Shown here: positions 18,462 to 24,885 of the stretch, in pieces
How positions within the stretch are numbered: the stretch's first letter is position 1
How the letters are laid out: each line of letters begins with the position of its first letter
IMG/VR virus record: IMGVR_UViG_3300027708_000022
Span: 64,001 to 128,000 of that record
Length of the DNA stretch: 64,000 nucleotides
Source: a virus
Strand: one strand, 5' to 3'
Made by a program: the position numbers and the translations under genes
Notes under the pieces: model-generated
Told to the model about the DNA's origin: nothing
Seen by the model: only the letters and a program-made list of their open reading frames with translations
The model's database searches: none

Positions 18462-18518
18462 AACAGGATGGAATTTTCTTTTTATCAATAAAAGTTTTTT
18501 TGTTGCTGTTACCATCCT
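18462..18518 (-). ncRNA. CAGCAA-motif small RNA, copy 4
   Basis: AGGATGG-TAA-CAGCAA...CCATCCT-GTT. Confidence 0.55.
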
Positions 18519-18524
18519 AAAACT

Positions 18525-18608
18525 TGATGCGTCAGGTAGGGATCGAACCTACTTGTCCTAAAACCACGGGGTTACAGCCCGCTGCCCTGCCATTAGAGCA
18601 TCCAACGC
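18525..18608 (-). tRNA. tRNA-Tyr(GTA)
   Basis: GCGGG-CTGTAAC-CCCGT; long variable arm; ends TCA. Confidence 0.88.
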
Positions 18609-18616
18609 ATTAAAAC

Positions 18617-18691
18617 TGGCTCCGTGATTAGGAATCGAACCTAACTATGACAAATTAACAGTTTGCTCCCACACCTTGCGGGTCTCACGGA
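18617..18691 (-). tRNA. tRNA-Asn(GTT)
   Basis: GCAAA-CTGTTAA-TTTGT; CCA. Confidence 0.88.
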
Positions 18692-19230
18692 ATTATTTTT
18701 TTCAATCTCTTTCTTATCGCTGTATCCGAAATATTTAACTTTTCAGCCACATTAATTATAGTATCATTCTTTAATAATTCTGTTAAATCTATATTATCCC
18801 AATCTACTTTAAATTTTGATTTAGAAGAACAAGATAAAGAACAATATTTATTGAACAATGGTTTATCTTTTTCACAAACAGGACATGAATCCATTTCAGT
18901 TAGTTTTTCTTGTTTATAACTTGTAAAATTTTCATCAAATTTTGTATAATCTTCAGGCATTTTTACAATATCACTATGAACCTCACTATGACAATTATGA
19001 CATAATAAAATGCATTTTCTCAATTCTTCAACAATAGATAACCAATTTTTAGGATTTGCTCGTATTGCTCCAAAAGATAATTCTTTCATGTTTGGGTCTA
19101 TATGGTGTAGGGCTAAAGCACTATCACATTTATTATATCCACATATTTGACAACAATTTCCCATAGACTCTATTATTCGTTTTTTGGTATTTTGTCGCCA
19201 TCTTTTTACTGCTTCTGAATTTTTACTCAT
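18685..19230 (-). CDS. HNH endonuclease
   Basis: CQICGY..C...L.LHHIDP...ELRKCILLCHNCHSEVH; TATAAATA late promoter at 19264-19271. Confidence 0.8.
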   Translation of the reverse strand: MSKNSEAVKRWRQNTKKRIIESMGNCCQICGYNKCDSALALHHIDPNMKELSFGAIRANPKNWLSIVEELRKCILLCHNCHSEVHSDIVKMPEDYTKFDENFTSYKQEKLTEMDSCPVCEKDKPLFNKYCSLSCSSKSKFKVDWDNIDLTELLKNDTIINVAEKLNISDTAIRKRLKKIIP

Positions 19231-19293
19231 AAAACCTCTGTTTTAAAAATTAACTTAATTTGTTATTTATAATTTTAAGGTTTTATAAAAACT

Positions 19294-19370
19294 TGGTTGC
19301 GGAGTCCTGGATTCGAACCAGGGGTCTACAGCTTATGAGGCTGCCGGGATGACCTCTTCCCTAACCCGCA
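19294..19370 (-). tRNA. tRNA-Met(CAT), initiator-like
   Basis: TGCGGG.../CCGCAACCA acceptor; GCAGC-CTCATAA-GCTGT. Confidence 0.82.
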
Positions 19371-19379
19371 ATTAAAACT

Positions 19380-19497
19380 TGGTGTCGCACTCAGGATTCG
19401 AACCTGAACCACTTCCTTTTCGATGGAATTTTGGTATGCTGTTTATATTCTTGTCAGAATACGTTAATAAGTGTGCTACCGTTTACACCAATGCGAC
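19380..19497 (-). ncRNA. tRNA-like RNA with the anticodon arm replaced by a ~60-nt domain
   Basis: Acceptor GTCGCAT/GTGCGAC-ACCA, D arm GTGTAAACGGTAGCAC and T arm TCAGGTTCGAATCCTGA are intact; no canonical anticodon loop. Confidence 0.75.
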
Positions 19498-19506
19498 ATT
19501 AAAACT

Positions 19507-19580
19507 TGGTGCCCTATGACAGAATCGAACTGCCGTGACCTGATTACAAAACAGGTGTAATACCATTATACTAATAGGGC
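19507..19580 (-). tRNA. tRNA-Thr(TGT)
   Basis: Loop TTTGTAA; CCA. Confidence 0.9.
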
Positions 19581-19586
19581 GAAACT

Positions 19587-19661
19587 TGGCGACTCATGGG
19601 AGAATCGAACTCCCGTAACAGGATAGACAATCCCGTGTAATAACCATTATACTAATGAGCC
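19587..19661 (-). tRNA. tRNA-Asp(GTC)
   Basis: CGGGA-TTGTCTA-TCCTG; CCA. Confidence 0.9.
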
Positions 19662-19737
19662 ATATTGAAATACACTATACGGGTCTACGTCCCGTGGCAC
19701 TTTAGACTTTCATTGCCTATAAATGTACTTCAATATG
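19661..19737. repeat. element bounded by CATATTGAARTACA...TGTACTTCAATATG inverted repeats, copy 1
   Basis: Same termini at 20954-21029 and 31258-31371. Confidence 0.75.
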
Positions 19738-19742
19738 ACAAC

Positions 19743-19816
19743 TGGTGGGGGCACAGAGAATCGAACTCTGATAGACCGGTTAAAAGCCGGATATTCTACC
19801 TTTGAATTATACCCCC
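19743..19816 (-). tRNA. tRNA-Lys(TTT)
   Basis: CCGG-CTTTTAA-CCGG; CCA. Confidence 0.9.
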
Positions 19817-19873
19817 AAAAGTTTGTCACTCTTGTCACTATCCATGACAATACTCCTATAAAAACAAACAATA

Positions 19874-19948
19874 TGGTACACCGTATGGGTTACGATCCCA
19901 TCTAGCCACCTTGAAAGGGTGGTGACCTCACCAGAAGTCTAACGGTGC
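19874..19948 (-). tRNA. tRNA-Glu(TTC)
   Basis: CCACC-CTTTCAA-GGTGG; CCA. Confidence 0.88.
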
Positions 19949-19955
19949 ATTAAAA

Positions 19956-20034
19956 TTTACTACTCTAATTTTTAAAGAACATCACTGCATTTCTTACTAT
20001 GTGTCCATTATACATGAACCACTTGGTAAGTCAA
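19956..20034 (-). promoter_or_regulatory. internal tRNA-operon promoter with boxA-like leader
   Basis: TTGACT-16-TATAAT (20034-20007) then TGTTCTTTAAAAA; a 27-nt stretch identical to 21107-21133. Confidence 0.75.
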
Positions 20035-20078
20035 CAACTAATTTTATTGTTGCCTAAACAACACTAAAGCTACCTTAC

Positions 20079-20156
20079 TGGAAGTGCGAGTCAGATTTGA
20101 ACTGACGATTTTACGGGTTTGCAATCCGTTGCTTTTGACCACTCAGCCATCGCACT
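20079..20156 (-). tRNA. tRNA-Cys(GCA)
   Basis: Loop TTGCAAA; U discriminator; CCA. Confidence 0.88.
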
Positions 20157-20164
20157 ATTAAAAA

Positions 20165-20251
20165 TGGCGGGTAGTATAGGATTCGAACCTATGCACCTTT
20201 ACGGTGGACGGCTTAGCAAGCCGCTGCCTTCGACCACTCAGCCAACTACCC
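20165..20251 (-). tRNA. tRNA-Ser(GCT)
   Basis: GCGGC-TTGCTAA-GCCGT; long variable arm; CCA. Confidence 0.9.
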
Positions 20252-20842
20252 ATTTCCGTTACTAAAACCTACCTTACCGCCTTGTGCTTCAATTCTCTTA
20301 ATTACATCTTCAAAAAGAATCGGTGCAAAATCTGTTTGTTCAACGCATACACAATGATAACGAGGATCAATTTCCGTTTCGCTGTAGATAATTTCTCCAG
20401 TCGGATAATTAATACCTTTCGCCTTCATAACACGATTCGTATGGAGGTGTCCATGAATGTTTACACCAAATCTTCCAAGATTTTCTGGATGAAGTGGAAT
20501 ATGGCTAAGAATCATTCCGTTCATTACATGATAAGCACGAAGCTCTCTGAAATGTTCACGATATTCATCATCTTTAAAAATATCATGGTTACCACGAATA
20601 AGAACTTTGTCACCATTAAGTCTACGCATAATACCAAGGCTTTTGCGTTTCATCACTACGTCACCAAGGTGATATACTTTATCGTTCTTTCCTACTCTTT
20701 CGTTCCAGAGTTTGACCATCGCTTCATCCATTTCATCAGGATCAGTCCATGGTCTAATCTTAACTCCGGTATCTTGGTGTGTAAAACGACATACACCAGC
20801 GTGTCCAAAATGTGTGTCGCTAACAAGAAATACTGCTGGCAT
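20246..20842 (-). CDS. calcineurin-like metallophosphoesterase
   Basis: SDTHFGH, HLGD, GNHD, SHIP, HGHLH. Confidence 0.9.
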   Translation of the reverse strand: MPAVFLVSDTHFGHAGVCRFTHQDTGVKIRPWTDPDEMDEAMVKLWNERVGKNDKVYHLGDVVMKRKSLGIMRRLNGDKVLIRGNHDIFKDDEYREHFRELRAYHVMNGMILSHIPLHPENLGRFGVNIHGHLHTNRVMKAKGINYPTGEIIYSETEIDPRYHCVCVEQTDFAPILFEDVIKRIEAQGGKVGFSNGNG

Positions 20843-20861
20843 ATTAGTCTCCTATAAAATA

Positions 20862-20954
20862 TGGCGGGCGGCAGAGGAGTCGAACCCCATCCCCATTACA
20901 GAGAACCTGGTTTTCAAGGCCAGTCGCAGGACCATCCCCGCTGCATTACCACCC
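20862..20954 (-). tRNA. tRNA-Ser(TGA), 8/4-type fold
   Basis: Loop CTTGAAA; 8-bp acceptor GGGTGGTA/TGCCGCCC; 4-bp T stem; long variable arm; GCCA end. Confidence 0.8.
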
Positions 20955-21029
20955 ATATTGAAGTACACTCCTGATTCTGTTCGATAAAACAGAATGTTGG
21001 CTAGCCTACCTGAAATGTACTTCAATATG
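20954..21029. repeat. CATATTGAAGTACA inverted-repeat element, copy 2
   Basis: Fills the whole gap between tRNA-Gln and tRNA-Ser. Confidence 0.75.
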
Positions 21030-21101
21030 GCAGCGGTACTTGGGATCGAACCAAGGATAACGGATTCAAAATCCATCGTGATACCATTTCACTATACCGC
21101 A
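21028..21101 (-). tRNA. tRNA-Gln(TTG)
   Basis: ATGGA-TTTTGAA-TCCGT; CCA. Confidence 0.9.
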
Positions 21102-21106
21102 ACATA

Positions 21107-21181
21107 TTTACTACTCTAATTTTTAAAGAACATTTATTTCTTACTATAGGTCCATTATACACGAACCACTTAATAAGTCAA
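21107..21181 (-). promoter_or_regulatory. tRNA-operon promoter with boxA-like leader
   Basis: TTGACT(21181-21176)-16-TATAAT(21159-21154); TGTTCTTTAAAAA at 21132-21120. Confidence 0.75.
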
Positions 21182-21216
21182 CAACTATTTACAGTCTGTC
21201 GTTTTTACACAACATC

Positions 21217-21254
21217 AAAACAAAAACCCTAGAAACTTTCGTTTACTAGGGTTT
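21217..21254 (-). terminator. intrinsic terminator (candidate attenuator)
   Basis: AAACCCTAG-T-AAAC-GAAA-GTTT-CTAGGGTTT followed by TTGTTTT. Confidence 0.8.
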
Positions 21255-21281
21255 GTGATGAATTAGATTTTATCTAATATA

Positions 21282-21410
21282 CTACGTTACACAAACCCCA
21301 TTTGATCCAATAAAGCCGCTATTCTCATTTTTTGATGAGCGATAATCGGCCGGCCATGTCGCTAACGACTGGCATCTTGGTGTTGAGAGTGTATGTATAG
21401 TTTTCATCAT
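21282..21410 (-). CDS. candidate attenuator leader peptide containing all 20 amino acids
   Basis: MMKTIHTLSTPRCQSLATWPADYRSSKNENSGFIGSNGVCVT*; 3' end complementary to the terminator 5' arm. Confidence 0.7.
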   Translation of the reverse strand: MMKTIHTLSTPRCQSLATWPADYRSSKNENSGFIGSNGVCVT

Positions 21411-21416
21411 AGTCCT

Positions 21417-21445
21417 AGTATATATGCTTTTTGTTCTGCGGTCAA
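21417..21445 (-). promoter_or_regulatory. sigma70 promoter giving a probable leaderless leader-peptide mRNA
   Basis: TTGACC(21445-21440)-17-TATACT(21422-21417); 6 nt to the ATG at 21410. Confidence 0.72.
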
Positions 21446-21476
21446 GCACTTTTTTCACTGTTACCTAAAAATATTT

Positions 21477-21764
21477 TCACTTTACCAATACATCTTTATT
21501 TTTAACAACTTCACCATTCGGATGATTATAAGCAACGAAGCCATCTTCATCTTTGAATGCTACTCCTTCCCAAAAATACTCTTTTTTCTTAAAATGAGTA
21601 ATCTGTTCTTCGGTAAATTCAGATACATCCATTCGCATTTCACCTAAGTGTTCTTGCCAATTATCATCAGCTACATTAGCGATACGGAATGCTTCATCTT
21701 TATTTTCGGCCTCGACCACATGAACCATACGGAAGACACCGATACTTTCAACAATATATTTCAT
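21477..21764 (-). CDS. hypothetical protein
   Basis: ORF track. Confidence 0.6.
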   Translation of the reverse strand: MKYIVESIGVFRMVHVVEAENKDEAFRIANVADDNWQEHLGEMRMDVSEFTEEQITHFKKKEYFWEGVAFKDEDGFVAYNHPNGEVVKNKDVLVK

Positions 21765-21766
21765 AA

Positions 21767-21994
21767 TTATCCTTTAACAGAAATTTTAACTCGCAGAAAC
21801 CATGCTAAAACAATAACTGCACACCAAGTACTAAAAGTATAAGGAATCTCCAGAATTGGGAATAACGTATTTAATGCCCAAACGACAAAAATCGGGCCTA
21901 AAGTAAAAATTGCAACAACCAGCAAGATAGCGGTCAGTCCGCCAAGTGCCATAATAATATTTTCTTTAAGTTTATCCGACATTTTTATCTCCAA
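21767..21994 (-). CDS. small membrane protein
   Basis: Hydrophobic segments; WALNTLFP.L.IPYTF.TW. Confidence 0.6.
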   Translation of the reverse strand: MEIKMSDKLKENIIMALGGLTAILLVVAIFTLGPIFVVWALNTLFPILEIPYTFSTWCAVIVLAWFLRVKISVKG

Positions 21995-22271
21995 TCGAAA
22001 ATTCTAGCTTGGAAAGTGAGTCCCAGCGAAAACTTCGCCAACCTTTTGCTTCAACATCATACACAGGTTGTGCTTCATCTGAATATTTTCGTGTTCCAGC
22101 ACTTTCCGACGACTTTTCCGACTTAGGAATTCGTGATTCTGACAAAGTAGAGACCATTTTACGCTCAGTACCGTCTTTTTTCGTAAAAGTCAGCGTTACA
22201 ACTTCACTTTTCAGTAAACCCTTCAACCAATTTCTTGCTTCAACATCACTAAAATCAAATTTTTCACTCAT
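21972..22271 (-). CDS. WYL-like SH3-fold protein (DUF2693-like)
   Basis: VTLTFTKKDGTERKM.STL...VYDVEAKGWRSFRWDS. Confidence 0.75.
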   Translation of the reverse strand: MSEKFDFSDVEARNWLKGLLKSEVVTLTFTKKDGTERKMVSTLSESRIPKSEKSSESAGTRKYSDEAQPVYDVEAKGWRSFRWDSLSKLEFSIGDKNVG

Positions 22272-22274
22272 TTT

Positions 22275-22661
22275 TCAATTCTCCGCAATTTCTTTAGCAT
22301 AATTTTTCAGTTTTAATAGTGTAACACGACTCAAAGTACTTTTGAGGTAATCATCGACCCATTTATAACTATTTTCCGTCTTTCTAACAAAGCATCCATA
22401 CACATTTGCACGAATCAAGCCGTAAACATATGCCTCTGGATCACTAAAAATGGCTTCAAAGTGGTCATCAAATTCTGGATCGCCATTTTCACTTCGTTTA
22501 AAAAATATAACATGGTACATATCACCGAATTTAGTGCCATCAACTTTTTTACCTTTATCAAAACTATCCAAAAAATCAAAATAGGACAATTTCAGGGAAC
22601 CTTCATCGTTTCCCGGCATAAGGTAAAACCCATCAAATTGGGTCGCATTAGGTTCCGACAT
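22275..22661 (-). CDS. hypothetical protein
   Basis: ORF track frame; start uncertain. Confidence 0.5.
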   Translation of the reverse strand: MSEPNATQFDGFYLMPGNDEGSLKLSYFDFLDSFDKGKKVDGTKFGDMYHVIFFKRSENGDPEFDDHFEAIFSDPEAYVYGLIRANVYGCFVRKTENSYKWVDDYLKSTLSRVTLLKLKNYAKEIAEN

Positions 22662-22788
22662 AAACATCCTTTTGTACGGTACGCTTGGTGCGGTTACGGT
22701 CATAGACCTTTTTTGAAACCGCAACTCGCATACGGTACTTGGGTGTTCTCAAATCCTTTGCGATAAGGTTACGCTTGGTCAAACTCAT
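22648..22788 (-). CDS. small basic ArfA-like peptide (46 aa)
   Basis: Manual translation MSLTKRNLIAKDLRTPKYRMRVAVSKKVYDRNRTKRTVQKDVYVGT. Confidence 0.5.
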   Translation of the reverse strand: MSLTKRNLIAKDLRTPKYRMRVAVSKKVYDRNRTKRTVQKDVYVGT

Positions 22789-22943
22789 TCAAAATCCTTT
22801 AACGAGCCCGCTTTACGGGCACCACAAAACATTAGTAGAAGGCCGACAGCCGAAATTCCATAAAAAATTAAATCAGAACCACCCTCAATACCAGAGGCGA
22901 CAAACACGATTAAAAATCCCAAAAGAAAAGTAGCTATGCCCAT
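22785..22943 (-). CDS. small two-TM membrane protein
   Basis: Manual translation MGIATFLLGFLIVFVASGIEGGSDLIFYGISAVGLLLMFCGARKAGSLKDFE; coupled to neighbours. Confidence 0.5.
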   Translation of the reverse strand: MGIATFLLGFLIVFVASGIEGGSDLIFYGISAVGLLLMFCGARKAGSLKDFE

Positions 22944-24573
22944 CAGTAATTATCATCCGAAACAGCATCAGAATAATCCAAAACGTCAAATACCCACTCA
23001 ACAGGTATGCCTAACTTCCGAGCTATCATCAGAGGAGTATTGTCGGAATCTTCCAACAAAATCTGAATATCGGTAAAAACATCTTTCATTACAGCCATTT
23101 TAAATCCTTGACAAATTAATAACACGACCTGGATAATCATTGTGAAATACCGCAACAGGGCAATACACGATTTTACCAACTCGACCCTTATCTTCAGCAT
23201 CCGACCATGAGTCCTTGGTCACAATGATTTTATAGGCATTGTAGCCTTGCTCATTGGTGATTTCTAAAATTTCACCTTCAACGAAACAATCTTCACGACC
23301 AACCATTGGTTTAAAATCGTAAGAGCGAATAACATCACGGACTTCAAATTTTTCGGCTTTCAACATTTTATTTCCTTTCTCATTCAACAGGAACCATTAT
23401 ACACTAACCGGCAAGGGAGTCAAGGACTTTTTGGATAATGTTGTAAAAAAACAACACTAGAAATTTAAATATTTACTTGCAATAAGAGCAAATACCAAAG
23501 CAATTCCTGCCAATATAATCGGCGCAATAATAATACAACCTATTGCAAGTAAAATACTAATCATAATATAAAAAATACATATACTAAAAAACAATTAATA
23601 ACTACATAAACAGCACCAATTAATAAAATGGTTGCTATGTCATAAATGAATCTTGGCATCAATCTTCCTTAGGTGGGTTTGACCGCTCATCCCAAATTTT
23701 CTCACACTCTTGCTTGGTGTAATCACCGTAACGCTGGCAATCAATTAAGAACAATGGTTTATTTCTATCTATTTCTTTTTTAATCCTAGCTTCTTCAACT
23801 TCAATCGGATCTCTCAGAGCTACTGCCGCATTAGCATCAGCTATTGCTTCATTTTTCACTCCCATAACCGGCATAGCTAAGACATAAACACAAAAAATGA
23901 TACCTGCGCCAATCACGACATACTTCCAAATAAACCCTAGTATAAAGACGCAAATAACGGCGAACACAGCATACTGGAGAATGCTTGTTGTAATTCCAAC
24001 AGAGGCTAGATTATCAAAAAGATTCATTTTAGTATGGTTCACAATGCACATTAACTGGAACTAAAACACGGCCACCTGAGTCCACCTTTTGTGCGGTGTA
24101 TTCAACATTAGGCCGCAAGCGAGCACGGATACATTCACGAGCAGCCTGTACGACCTCATTACGGTGCATTGCTTCCGGGCCAGTATACCCACTTAGTTTA
24201 TACACAGGAGCTTTTGGTGCTGAAGAACAACCGGAAAGAACCACGATACCAACAACCAATAATAATTTAAATTTCATTTTCAACTCCATGTACGGTGACG
24301 TTCCGCCACCCATTCGTTACCATCGTATTCTTCAATATACCAATCGACCTCATCTGGAACTTCCACGATTTTCAAATCAGCACAAGCACCGTTTGCCATT
24401 CCACCCATTTCATGGACTAGTTGAACCAAAGCCTCATCATTACGAAGGATCTCACGGTCATAAAAGTGATCCGTGAATTCCATACCTTTCAATTCTAGGT
24501 AACGAGCAATTCCCGCATCTGACAAACTAAAACCACCATAACAATTATTAATTACAACTTTCATAATATTCAC
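22943..24573 (-). other. run of small early hypothetical genes (about 22943-23098, 23100-23365, 23659-24027, lipoprotein-like 24029-24277, 24280-24573)
   Basis: Tightly packed minus-strand ORFs; LSGC lipobox in the 24029 ORF; promoter cassette near 23396-23460. Confidence 0.6.
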
Positions 24574-24885
24574 CTAAAAAGTATTAAGAGTAGGTTCCAA
24601 TTCCGCAATCAACTCACGTTCCCGTTGATGAGCAGGTTTTCGACCACGAACAATTTCCAAAACTTCATACCGATAATCAGCCTCGATATTGTCACGGAGA
24701 AAACAACAGAAAGACCAATCCTTGTTTTCTTTCATAGCACGGCTGACGTGCTTCTGCCAGCGAACCTTAACTGACCGAACAAACGCTTGACCCTGTGCAA
24801 CGGTTAGACCGATATACGAATCACCGGTATCCTCGCAGATAACACGATATAAAACATGGTTACGGTCAGACCGTTTTTTTCTCAT
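24574..24885 (-). CDS. GIY-YIG-like small nuclease
   Basis: HVLY..ICEDTGDSYIGLT...VRWQKH...ERELI....PTLN. Confidence 0.6.
   Translation of the reverse strand: MRKKRSDRNHVLYRVICEDTGDSYIGLTVAQGQAFVRSVKVRWQKHVSRAMKENKDWSFCCFLRDNIEADYRYEVLEIVRGRKPAHQRERELIAELEPTLNTF

Noticed and set aside
20204-20857. Plus-strand 217-aa ORF
   Set aside because: Antisense shadow of the metallophosphoesterase.
20862-20954. Selenocysteine or suppressor tRNA
   Set aside because: The anticodon reads TGA (decoding UCA, Ser), not TCA; no stop-codon recoding is evident, since the ORFs are intact under the standard code.
20852-21076. Minus-strand 74-aa ORF
   Set aside because: Reads through tRNA-Gln and tRNA-Ser; incidental.
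22739-22933. Plus-strand 64-aa ORF
   Set aside because: Two coupled minus-strand ORFs (22648-22788 and 22785-22943) explain the region better.
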